DNA of 64,000 bases, taken from assembly GCA_018398765.1 (NCBI GenBank), contig JAHBMJ010000057.1, positions 1 through 64,000 on the forward strand. The letters are read 5' to 3'. Both the position numbers and the translations under genes were made by a program. Below, piece after piece: positions 48,316-60,655 of this stretch. Origin of the DNA: Chromera velia. Taxonomy: Eukaryota. Numbering within the stretch: position 1 is the stretch's first letter; each line of letters begins with the position of its first letter. The notes under the pieces are model-generated. The model was not told the DNA's origin. It was given only the letters and a program-made list of their open reading frames with translations, and searched no databases.

Positions 48316-51300
48316 ATGACCTCCCCCACAGAATGCTACCGCATTATCCACGCGGGGCGATGGTTCCATGACACCGCCCGGCAGGTGGCCCTCCAATCGT
48401 CGAAAAGAGTCAGTCGAGTCGACGCTTCAAGAGACGGGACAGGGAGGAACTCTTCTGACCTTGATGCAAGCAATGGGGGGGGGGGCCTCCGGTGGCCTGG
48501 CGTCCCATCTGCATGATGGAGGATTGGGTAGCCATCTGTGATCTCACATCTATATCTATGTGAGTTGCGTTCTGACCTGTGCTTGTGTGCTTGTGTGCAG
48601 TGGGTGGGCCCTCTTGTGGCCTCTACTCTCCTGGCCGTGGTGTTCATGGAGCACTGCAGGTGGAACGTTCGGTTTGGCCCCGGAAAGCTGTACAGATTCC
48701 TTCGTCTGGGCTGTGGGAGGCGGCTGGGGGGGGCAGAGGTCGCCGGAGAGGTCCCGAATCTACTCTTCGTTCCTCTGGCCGTGCTGTCTGCAGCGATCCT
48801 CTTGGCGCCTTTGGGGTTTCTGGGGGTCTGGTTGTGCGCTCCTTACGATACCGGACTTCCCTTGTTTGTTGTCAACGGGGTGCTGCTGATGGTTCTGTGT
48901 TGTCTGTTTGGAATAGCAGGGTGGAGAGTGGGGTCCTTCGGCCGAATGCTCCTCTACAGGGGGCTCTCCAGAGTGCTTCTGTGTGTGGCCGGGCTTCTCT
49001 GGGTGGGGTTTCAGGGCTCGACAATGGTTTTCTTTCGTGACCGTGTGATCGCACTGGGCGGGGTGGGTGTAGAGGACAACTGGGACACTCTCGAGGAGAT
49101 CGAGGGGGAGACGGCAGGGTACCTGTACTCGTACTCTTGCTTCAGCGTGGTGCTCTATGGTCTGAACGCCATCTGCGTGGTGCTCTGCGTTCGGCTGGTC
49201 AGTCAGGCAGGACATTGCAGCCTCCCGCTGGTAATCCTACTCTTTACATTCGTCTTGCGAACTGCTGTGCAGTCTCTTTGAAGTTGAAGATGATCTCTTC
49301 TCTTCTCTTCTCTCGTTCAATCAAGGTGTGAACGAAGAAGCTCCTCGAATTTTTCGACAGAGATGATTTGCAGAGCGTCTGGCCAGCCTCTGAAATGCTT
49401 CAACACCTGCTATCCGCCCGACTGGTCTTCTTTCTCGTTTCCTTCCTTGCCTTCGTTAATGTCCTTTCTGTCTTTCTTCTGTTTGCAGATCTTCTGGCCC
49501 CGGAAGGCAGATGTGGGCCTGGTGTTTGAACAGCTCCTGCGCACCTCGGAGGCAGAAGCAGAGGAAGCCGCTGCCCCCGCCTCTGACTTCGTGCGAAGAA
49601 GCCGGACGGCGATTGACAGAGTGCCTTCGGAGGAACCCACTGAGTCCCCTCCCCTACCGACGCACGCAGAGGAGGAAGGGGGGGACGGGCTCTGTCTGAC
49701 CGGGGAGGAGGCGGCAGCGCACCTCGATCACTCCAATTCCGCTCCATGCGAGCGGAGCGAAAAAGAGAAAGAGCCCCAGCATGGAGGCCCCCGAAGAACG
49801 GCCACATGGGGGGGGGGCCTGGGAGGGAGGTCGGCCACTTCCTCTTCCTTGGGGGAGCCTGCTGATTGTGCGTCACCGGGTGCGCACGGGGGCCTGGACT
49901 CCCATCAGTTGCGGCCACCCTTGCCGTCTCCTTACGGTGCAGAGAGGTCACGGAGAAGTCCCGCCGGCGGGGTGGTGGACCCAGACCCTGCGGCCTTGGC
50001 GGCACTAGCGGCAGAGCATAAGAAAGCCGCAAGGCTTGCTCGTTCGCGGGTGCCTCTTCTGTACGCGGTGGGTTTGTTCTTTCTGATTGCCCACGCGATG
50101 GCAGTGTGCATTCTGCCGATGGACAGAGTACCCCGAACTTTGAGAGAGAAACCGCCAGCGGAACAACTGCGGTCCCGGAAAGTGACGTTGCGTTCACTTT
50201 TGTCGGGGGAGAGAGCGGGGGGGGAAGGTGGAAAGGGAACTGGCGTCGTCGGGGGTGAGGTTGAGGAGATCTTTCCGGGAATTGCCCGATTAGGTCGCCT
50301 GTTGAGTATTGATGATGTCAGGGGTGATCCTGTGTTTTCTTCAACTTTAGATGATGATGGTGACACCGTTGTTGATCATGATATCAGGGGTGCTTCCGCT
50401 ATCGCTGGTTTGCCGTCTCTAGGCCGCACAGACCTGGACACGGGGGATGACAACTCATCGTCGAGACAGAGTGAATCGATCGTCTGTCCGAAGGATAAAG
50501 CGATGTGGGAGAGGGCAGTGTTCGCAGGGTGGTTGAATTTGGCGCTTTTGGTTCTTGTGGATGTGACGATCTTTCTCGCTGCGGGTCCGCGGAATCCGTT
50601 TCGGTCGTTGGTTGGTCGTCTGGCCGGGGGGGGAGGAGACGGTATCGATGGGGGGACGGAGGGGGAGGAGAGCGTACAGGAGGAATTCGAAAATGGGTGG
50701 GATCTGTTGTTGAGGGAACGAGACGGCAGGAGGGAAAGCTCTTTTCTGTTGTCGAGTGAGCTGGGCGTCTCCGTTCTTCTGGTCTTCGCTCGGTTCTGCC
50801 TCTGCTTCTCTCTCAATTGGTGGTTCGTGCAGGTCAGTGACACAAGCAAGGACACATCAATTCTCGAAAGCTTGAGCTCCCGCTTCTTCCTTCAGTTCGC
50901 ACTCCATTGACGCACGCACGCGCTGATGGAAGCCTTCGAGAGTCTAAGCTCTCCCGTGCGTGTCGGAAGGTGTGATTCGCGATACTGGATGTGTGTTTGT
51001 TTGTTTGTTTGTTTGTGCCATTTCTCCTTGTGCTTTTAGGCCCCTTCCGACAACTTCCAGAGGAGAAGACGAAGCGTACTTGTCGCTGTTGTGAGTTTCC
51101 TCTAATTTTCTTCTCCCTCCTCCCTCCTTGACTCACTCAGTTAATCAATTCATCATCACTGCTGCAGCACTCACTCGTGTTTCTGGTGGTGATTCTGATC
51201 TTGGTTGCCTCTGCCGTCTCTGAGAGGCTCCCTGTGGGGGCAGCAGACCTCCAGTTCCGAAGAGTCATGCTCGCAGTCACAGTCAGTTGGTTGGTTGAGT

Positions 51301-54300
51301 AGTTGGACGGGGGATTTGTCGAGATAAGAGTGATTGATGGTTTCGGAGTTGCATACGGCTGACGTGGTTGCGATCTTGAGAGGCAGATCCCTTTTTGCCA
51401 ATCGAGTCTGGTTTGTGTGTGGTGGTGGTCATCAATGTAGTAGGGGAAATACAGTGAGAGGAACAGACTATTTCGGTACGGATGTGTGTCGCATTGTCAA
51501 GTCTCGATTGTTTTGCATTCTTTTCTGCAGGCCGTGAAGACTTACCTCCAGCAGACGCTCTTGCCTTTACTTTCATATAGAATACTGTATGTACTTTCAA
51601 AAAAGAATTCTGTATGAAAATAAATGCATGCATTGTTTTCTGCATGCAGGCCGTGAAGACTTACCTCCAGCAGACGCGCCAGAGCGTCAAAGTCCCCGGA
51701 GGCGCTCAGCAGGATTCCCTAGGAGAGGACGGGGCGGCCGGAGGGGATGAGGGGGTGGAGACAGTGGAGGGGGGGGGATTGGAAGATTCCGTTGAGGGCT
51801 GCACCGAGAGGGAGGCTGCAGCGGGGGGCGGTGGGTGTGAAAACTGCGTTGGGAATCACTCACAGGTCCCCCCCCCTCTTTTCAGACTTCGGTCTTCTTC
51901 AGGCTACCTAGCAGCGTGGCTCGTTCAGATGAGAGAGGAGAGATTGAGGTCTCCAGAGGTTCTCGCGATCCTTCTGACTTTAATATTTGTGGTGGAGATC
52001 GGCACGGTCGGAGCGCTGTACACGAAGCAGATGATACCGGAAGGGGCGTTGCCCAACTTTGTGTTTGGAGATGAGGGGGACGAGGTGGGGGCAAAGACCA
52101 GCATCATGCAGACGAAGTTTGGGTGGTTGGCTTTGGCGCTTCTTGTAGCGTTCTCAGCCATTTACGTGGCTTTGAGGAAACTGCAGCAGAAGAAGTGGAG
52201 TCTCACGAGGCAGACGGTGGGGCTTTTGATCTTTGCCTGGTTTGCCTGCAACATCGTGGGTGTTGCTTTGTGGATTTTCCGGAGCGTCTGGTTGTTTTTG
52301 TGGCTGGCTCTTTTAGGTCCTTTGGGCATCGGGCCGATTCTTTACTTCTACGGCAGTTGGGTGAAGAATAACTTCTGCTTGTGGACTCCTGTGAGCGAAT
52401 TGGAGGCGCAGGGGCTTCTTTTGGAGAGGGAGAGAGAGGCACAGGAGAAAAGAAGGAGACGGCAAAGAGAGAGGGAGCTGCAAAGGGGGGGAAGAAGAAG
52501 AAGCAGAAGCAGGGAGGAGAGAAGAGGACCGAACGGTGTCACTCAGAGAGGGAGAGCAGGACAATCCACCAGAGCTTTGAGGTGTCTCTCAAGTCTCCCA
52601 CCTGCAAGGAGAGAGGACTTTAAGAGAATCTTTGCCTATGCGCTCAGGTCAGTCACAGTGAGATGGTGCGAGTGGTCCGTGAAAGAGAAAAAGGAGAGAA
52701 GGGAGCTCAGACCAATCGAAATATGCGAACTCCTGAACGCATTCGTTCGCTTTTTCTTCCATCGCTGTTTTCGTCCGCCCCCTCTGTCACTCTCTCTGGT
52801 TTTGATTTTTCGAATAGAAGAGTACTTGAGCAGTCACTGTGTCTGTGTCTGTGTCTGTGTCCGTGTGTGTTGTGATCTCTTCGGGTTGATAGCAGCTTCT
52901 ATATTCCGTCGTGTGTCGCGTGCATTCGCGTGTTTTTCTGTATGCATACATTTCTTCTGTGCGTTCGCGTCTTTGTCTGTATGCGTCCACTTTTTCTGTG
53001 CAGTTTCGTTCTGTTTGGAACTTCGATTGCTGCGATGTATTTCGCCATGAGCCCTCGCTCAGTAAGCTGGTTGGGTTGGGGCACAGTGGGTGCTTTCTTT
53101 CTGGGTCTGCTCCTTTGGTTCGTGTGGGAGGGATACTTCGGGAAGGCCCGGTGGTCGGGGTTCGAGACGTTCAACTCGGTCCTGTTCCTCTTGGGGGAGG
53201 CCGTGTGGGGGTGGTGCCTCTGGGAGTATTTCCTTGAGGACGTCATACATCTGAGGTAAGTGGGTGGGGGGGTGCAGAAACAAATCTGCATTTGCATGTA
53301 CAGACATTTACAGAATGGGTGCACATACGCACACGCATGTGCAGACACATGCATCTGTTTGGATGTCTTTGCGCACAGCAAAGCAAAAAATGCAGGCAGG
53401 CAAGCAAGGAGGAAACAAAAGCCATTCCGCTGTCTCCTTCCGCTGTGTGGACACTTTTCTCTCTTTGTGCGAGGCTCTTTTCGTATGCATTTGAGGATTA
53501 TTTCACGCCCTTCCTGCCTGCCTCCCTGCCTGCAGACGCGAGGTTCACGTTCTGATCGTGGCCTTCGTGCTGATTGTGATTCCTTCTCTCCTTCTGTTCG
53601 CGTTCTCGATCCGTGCTTGGAGGGAGACCGGGTGGAACCCTCAAGTGCCCCCGGCAGCTCGGTGGAGTCGTCTGGCGGCGTTTCTCTTCCTGTTCATCTA
53701 CGCAGCCCTTTGCTTCGGGTTCCTCGGACCTCTCAAACCGCTGCCGTGGTGCGCTCTGGCTTTGGTCGTCTTGCTCTGCGCAGCCACGTTCTGCGTGCAG
53801 GTGGGTGCTTGAGCGTTTTGTTCTCTTTCATTTTGCTGTCTGGTTTGGATTTCTTTTCTTTTTCTTGGCCGGTGGTCTTGCTCTGTGCAGCCACGTTCTG
53901 CGTGCAGGTGGGTGCTTGAGTGTTTTGTGTTTTGTTTTCTTCTCTTTCATTTTGCTGTCTGGTTTTGATTTGTATTCTTTTTCTTGGCTTCTTCTCCGTC
54001 AGGGGGTTGGACAGTTTGACGGTTTGCCCTCGAAGATCCGTGGTGGGGTTTCCTTGAGTTTCTATCTATTCTTTTTCTGAATTGGCTTCTTTGAGTGAAT
54101 GGGATCCTGGATCTTGGATGGCCATGTTCATACGAATAATACACTGGCGATGCAAATTCTCTTACTTGTATACAAAAAAAGACACAAGGGTTCCCTCCTT
54201 TTCTTCCTGCATCTTTTCCTTTCCCTCTCCTCCTCGCTCCCTTCCTGCTGCAGGCTTGGGTCCGTCGTGGTTTCTTCCTTCCCTTCTGGATGCGGTGGAG

Positions 54301-56307
54301 TTTGGGAATTCTGTCTACTCTCTGCGCCTCTGTGTACCTGGTCTTCGCCTGGCTGCACAACATGGAAGACGAGAGCGGACAGCCCAACGGAAAGAAAGAG
54401 TCGAACATCTGGGTATACCTCACTCCTCCTTGGGTCAGTCAGAAGGTCCAGAAAAGACGCACAGACAGCTACAGAGTATACATGCGTCCTGTGCACGAAG
54501 GATACTGCAACATCTCGGTCTTCTTTGCTCGATCCGCCCTGCGTCTGTTCTCTGGCTGGGTGGGAGAGTACTCGCACGCCTCAGACGGCTCTCGGTTTCC
54601 CTTCTCTCCCTCCGCCCCCCCCCGAGTTGTTTTTGCTTGCTTGCTAGCATCCCTCAAGTCAACCTCTCATGCAGTGAGTGCATCATAAAACAATCGTTTG
54701 GAAGGAAGTATTTATTTACATCCCTAACTGATTCCTCTCGATCCCGTCTGTCTGTCTGCCTGTCTGTCTGTCTGTCTGTCTGTGCGAACGTTCATCCATG
54801 CCTCGATGCCTGCATGCATGCAGCTGTTCACGGCATTCACGGTGTTCGCCGCCTCGTGGGTGATGCTGGTGAGGGCTCAGCACAGAGGGGAGCAGGTGTG
54901 GCTGTCTCTGGGGTACTCCTGCTCTCTGCATGGCGGGAGGGAGATGGGAAGAGGAGAGGAGAAAGGGACTACTGCGGGAGAGGGGGAGAAGGAGAAGAAG
55001 AACCGCGGGTGCATGTGCTTCGGGCTGACGGTGTTCAGACACGATCCCCGTCTCCGTGTGACGACTTTATGGACGGGAATGCCGAATTTGGGGCTCCTGG
55101 GATTCGCTATGGTAGGTGCGTCGGTCCGTTTTTTTTTTTTTTTTTGCGTGAGGAGATGAGCCTTCATTCCGTGGGGGGGATGGAATTAGATACGAAAAAA
55201 AAGAATTTTCCAGTCTCGTCGTCGTGCTTTTAGAGAAGCGTGACGAAACAAGATTTTCTTTGGTGCGGCGGGGGGGGGGAGACAAATGAAGAAAATGAAG
55301 AAAGGTGTTGTCGATTGGTCCTTACGAGCATGAGTGACTGTATGGATTCATTTTCATACAGAATGTTTGTATGCCTTTTAATCATACATGCACATTTATC
55401 GATTGGTAAGGAGCATGAGTGACTGACTGGCTGGGTGTAGATGCATTTGGTCGCTTCCTGTTTTGAATTGCCTTTCGTGCTGGGTCTTGAGACACTTTGC
55501 TCGATTTTGTGTTCTCAAATTGCTTCGTTGAGTTCTGTGTGCACTTCTTGTCTTCTTTATCAATTGACGCACGCAGGTCCTTGTGTGGGGAATGATCGCC
55601 TCCCTCCTGATCTCTCCTGCATCAAGTAAGTCTATCTCAGTTTTTCCGGATAGACTGCTCATTCTGGTCCATCTCATGTTGCTCTGTGCGGGATTGCACG
55701 TCCCCTTTTTCCCGGTATGCATATGCTGGATCTGAGGAACACGTGAGTCATTTTGGGTTTGCGGTCCGACTGATTCTTTTGTCTTGTGACTCAGCAGCGT
55801 TTGTGCATTCGGTCCTTTTGTCTCTTCTTTCTCATTCTTCCTTTTCCTTTCCTTCCTGACTGCTGCAGTCGGTCTCTTCTTCCTGGCCTTCCCCGTCCCC
55901 CTGGCGTTGGCGCTTTTGTCCCACTGGGAAATTGAAGGGTCCCAGAGGGCGTCGGTGCTCGAACACGCAGAGTACCTCTCTGTGAATCTGGCCAGACACA
56001 CCGAGTGAGTCCTTTTTTGGCATGACACTGTATGCGCATTGTTCCAAAACTGAGTGAGTCGGGCTGGGAAAGGAACACGAGAGAGGGTGGGACGGCGCAA
56101 TTTGGATCTCTGTCTCTGTCTCTCTCACTCTGCTTTCTTTTTTGAAGCAGTTCTGTCCGTCTCCACTTTCTTTCTCTCTCCGGCACGTAATGCCTCTTCG
56201 TTTTTTTTTTTTCAGTCCTTCGGTCCCATTCCTACCAACCGTACATGCTGTAATACTGGCAGAACAGACGCTGCGTCACACACACACACAGACACACACA
56301 CACACAC

Positions 56308-56339
<32 letters not shown>

Positions 56340-59300
56340 GTACGTCAACGCATACTTATATGTGTATGAATCTTCTGCTGACGCACGCAGAACTGCCGTG
56401 GCAGCCTCCCGTTGCCCTGTGAAGAAGACTCTCCTGTTCGACCCCCAGACGGAGCTCTCGAATTTCAATCCCCCAGAGATGGAACCCCACCTGCTGCACG
56501 GACGCGGTCAGGGGTGGCAGGGGGGAGGCGGCCCGGGAGTGTTTAGCTCGGCCCCCGCCGCCGTTTTCCGTCCGCGGAAGATGACGGCCCCCGTCTCGTC
56601 GGGGAGGAAGAGCGTCTCGTGTGCTGCGTCTCTGGAGGAGGAGAAGGAGAAGCAGAGACGGAGATTTGAGGAGACGTTCGGGGAGGACCAGGACCAGGCT
56701 TCCTCCCTGTTCAGTTTGAAGTTTCAGAGGGGGGAGCGTCAAGCGGCATTTGCCGAGGAGGAGAGAGACCCCGAAAATCAGAATTCCGCATTATCGGAAG
56801 TCGAAGCGGAGGGGGGGGAAGACGCAACGCCGAAACGGAAAAGTCCGTGTGGGTGGCTGATTGGCAGTGGGCTTGCAGAGAGGGCGCTTCGGGCGCAGCG
56901 GGTAGAGGAGGAGAGGGAGAGACGGTCCATTGCTGAGGCTTCCGTTTCTGTGGAGATGCGGTTGACGTTTGTGACGACAGCTGCGTCTCTTCACTCGGAT
57001 GAATCCAGAACGCTCCTCCATCTGTTCCGCTCCCTCGGCCCAGAGTTCGCAACTGCCCAGCCTCGTGAGATCTCCACTCTGTCTGCGCCTGTGCGGAGGA
57101 AATTGAGGAAGGCCGCGACAGAGAGACAGCAACTGCACCTGGAGAGACAGAGAGAGTTCAATCGACTGTGGCGAATTGAGGCGGCACGGAGACGGCTGCT
57201 TGAACCGACGGTCAGTCAGACAGACAGACAGTGTGTCCGTAGATTAGGAAGGAAGGCGGGTTCGTCTATCCGCTCCGAGAGTTGAAGGGAACGTTCGAAT
57301 GTGCGTTGGGAAAGGACGCGAATCCTCCTGTTCGAGTTTGAGCCTCAAATGTTATTCCAGAAAATGCGCGGGGGCAATTTGATTCTCACATCTGCATCTT
57401 CGCATTTATATGCTTCGTGTGTTCGTGTCTTCCCACTGTCCCTGCAGATTGGGGGCTCGGTTTCTCGTTCGGGTTCGGACAGTCGTCGTCAGACGGGAGC
57501 CTCCTCCGTGTCCTCCTCCATGTCTCTGGGGAGAATTTTCCACCAGGCAGGCAGAGAGGGGGGGGGTTCCTCTGTGTTCCCTCAGCAGCAGCCGGGGGGC
57601 AGAGTGAGCACCCTGTTGATGGGCACCCCGGTAGAGGCCCTGGGGGGCAGAGAGCTTCCCCTAGACGCTGTGGAGAGACAACAGGAGAGGGAGAGGGACG
57701 TGGGAGAGGCAGGCCGAGGGCCGTCTCTGTCTCCTCTGGGAGGGCTGGAGTCTCCCTTGTCGATGGTCACGGACAGCGACCCGAGATTTGTCCAGGTGCG
57801 TGCATGGGGGAGGGGTGATAAACCTTTTTTGAATGGGAAACCTACCTATCTGACAGGAAGGACTCTAGCAGTGAAAAAGAGACTGTCACTTCACTTGACT
57901 GCCTTTTGTTTGGTCTCTGTGTAAGGGCTTCTTGTGAGTTGTAGACAACAGAAAGAAATGAGTGGGTTCGTACTGTGCATTTGGGTTTTTCTGTGCACTC
58001 TCTCTGTCTTCTATACGTTCCATGCATCCATGCAGAGACTTGCGGCTGCGGAGAATGAAGAAGAGGAGGAGGTCTTTGGCGTTGGTCGGAGAACTGATTT
58101 CTCCTCTGCCCTCGCTCTCTTCCGCTCCGTCTGGGCGGCACAGCCCGAGCACAGAGACAGAGACAGACGAAGCAGAGACAGACCCACGCAGACACAACCC
58201 ACGAGAAAGAGGGAAGAAGGAGAACCGGGTCCGTTCACGGAGGTGCAGGGGAGAATGGGGCAGCAGAGCCTCAGGGAGGGGGAGGCAACCCTGAAGGCGG
58301 GGGAAGAGGAGGCGGCTGCGTGTGAAAACATTTCAGACGAGGGGGAACGACTGGTCCCCCCCGCCACCGCCCCCTCCTCAGCCTTCGGGGCGACGGACAC
58401 GGATGAGCCCACCCACATGTCCCCCCCCTTCGTTCACGTCGCCGCATTCCAGGGACCCGCCGCCAACAGAGCAGCCCCACCCCTGTTCTCGCCCCCCCCC
58501 TCCACAAGCGCAATCGGAGAGACCACCTCGCCCCCTGTTCCTGCGAGATTATACCCCGGCGGCGGCGTCGCGTCACTCACCGCCTCCCCGGCCCCTCACA
58601 GCATCAGCATGCCCCCCTCTGCCCCGGCGCGCCCCGGGGTTCCCAGATTCGTCGCCCCCCTCTCTCACCCCCTGCCACCCAACCCGATTGCCTTGACAGA
58701 AACGGAGGGTGCATGCAGTCAGAGTCAAGACCCGGTCGCACCCAGCAGCTGTGCGTCGAGAGGCTCCCCCACACTCGCACACCACTTGCAGACTCCATTC
58801 TCAGAGACTCCAGCAGGAGAAGAGACAGGGGAAGTTGCAGACGAAACAGAAGAGCCATCCCGGGATTTTGCCTTTGCTCCTCTATCCTCAGTACACCAAG
58901 GGGCTTCCTTCCGTCACACCACAGATCACGCACACGAGTTTCTCTTCATGTCGCAGCCTACCACAGAATGTAAGCCTGCAAGTGAATTGTTGTCTGCCGT
59001 CTCTCCCCTACAGCAGGGAGAGTGGGACGCAGAAGCAGAGGGATACTCATCATATTTAAAGGCCGCGCCAGTCCCTCTCTCTGCAGACCAACAAACAGAA
59101 ACAGTCTCAGGAAACAACAAAATTTTCGCCTCCCAAAATCGCTTTGCGGGACCATCTCAAGACGCTGCCGCCGACAGCGTTCCCCCCCCTCACCGCCTCA
59201 GACTGCGCACAGAACCCTCACCGAGCCCCGCAGAAGCAGTCTCCCACTCACTGCCCCACAGTTCCACCGACCCCCCCCCTCATCTCCCTACTGCCCCTTC

Positions 59301-60624
59301 ACCAGATGCCGCAACAACTGTTGTCCGGTGGAATCTGCCTTCTGTGTCTGTTTCTTTGAAGGGCAGGGGAAGGGAAGGAGGGGCGAGTAGCTCCACACAA
59401 ATACGGGGGTCCCCTCAAGGCGGCTCCGTCATGCCTAGGGGGGGGTCCCTGCCGTCCGACGCCCCCCCTTTCGCCTTCTCTGTTCGTGCCCACAGCCAGG
59501 ACACCATGGCGACGCCGCACGGACACGGACGGGCGGTCTCGTTGGAGGAGGCCATGCAGCGACTGGGGGCCGCAGAGGCGGCGGCGCCTGAGCCGTCCCA
59601 CTCGGTCATGTCCCCCTTCTCCTGCAGTGCACGCGACCAGGAGGAGGGGAGGGTAGAGGCTGAAGAGAAGGAAGATGAGAAGGAGGAGGAGGAAAGGAGG
59701 GGACCCAGAAAGAAAGTGGCGGCGCCATCTATGTGGACCCACGCCCCTCCCAAGAAAACAGGAATCATGCGATCTGGCGGTTCCGCCTCTTCTCCCAAGG
59801 GAGGGGGTGGGTCCTCTTCCCTCGCCGTACCCGGGCAGGGTCAGGGGGGGCAGTCAGGGCGTCTCCTCAGGCAGCCCTCTGGAGGAAGGGGTGCAGGGGG
59901 GGGGAGGGGTCAGCAGTCAGGTCCGGGCTTGGAGCAGCGTCTCCTTCACCGGGGCATCACAGACGTCTCCGGTCACACGGGCCTGGCAGACACTACTCTG
60001 GAGAGAATCGTGAGGGGGGTGCGGTCGATGCACGAGAGGTGCAACGTGAGGTTCAAAGACTCCGACCAATTTCCGCCCTCTCACGTGAGCATTCTCGGAG
60101 CCGACTATCAGCCTCCGAGTTTGAACGCGCGCCTACTTGCAGGGGGTTCTCTCTATGCAGGTCTCTCTGTGTGGGAGCAGGTGTACAGAGACGCGGAGAC
60201 GAGGAAGAACCTAGGCACACCCGCGACTTTCCTGACCTCCGACGGGGCAGGGTGCACCCTTCAGTGGGTCCGGCCTGAGCGTGTGTACGGCCGCCCCGTA
60301 TGTCTGTTCAGCGCCTCCGAGGACGTCCCCCCCTCTCTGGAGACGGCAGGAGAGAGGGGCTGGGGGGACTGGACGGCCGAGGTTGATCAGGGCGAGCTCG
60401 GCAGCTGCTGGCTCCTTGCAGCCCTCACCGTGCTGGCAACAAAACCCCGACTCATTCAGCAGGTGAGCCCATGCATTTATTTTCGGTATGAATGCTGAAA
60501 AAGAATAAATGCAGACTCATTCAGCAGGTCAGCCCATGCATTTATTTTCTGTATGAATTCTGAAAAAGCATAAATGCAGACTCATTCAACAGGTAAACCA
60601 GCCTGTGAGGCATAAAGATACCTG

Positions 60625-60655
<31 letters not shown>

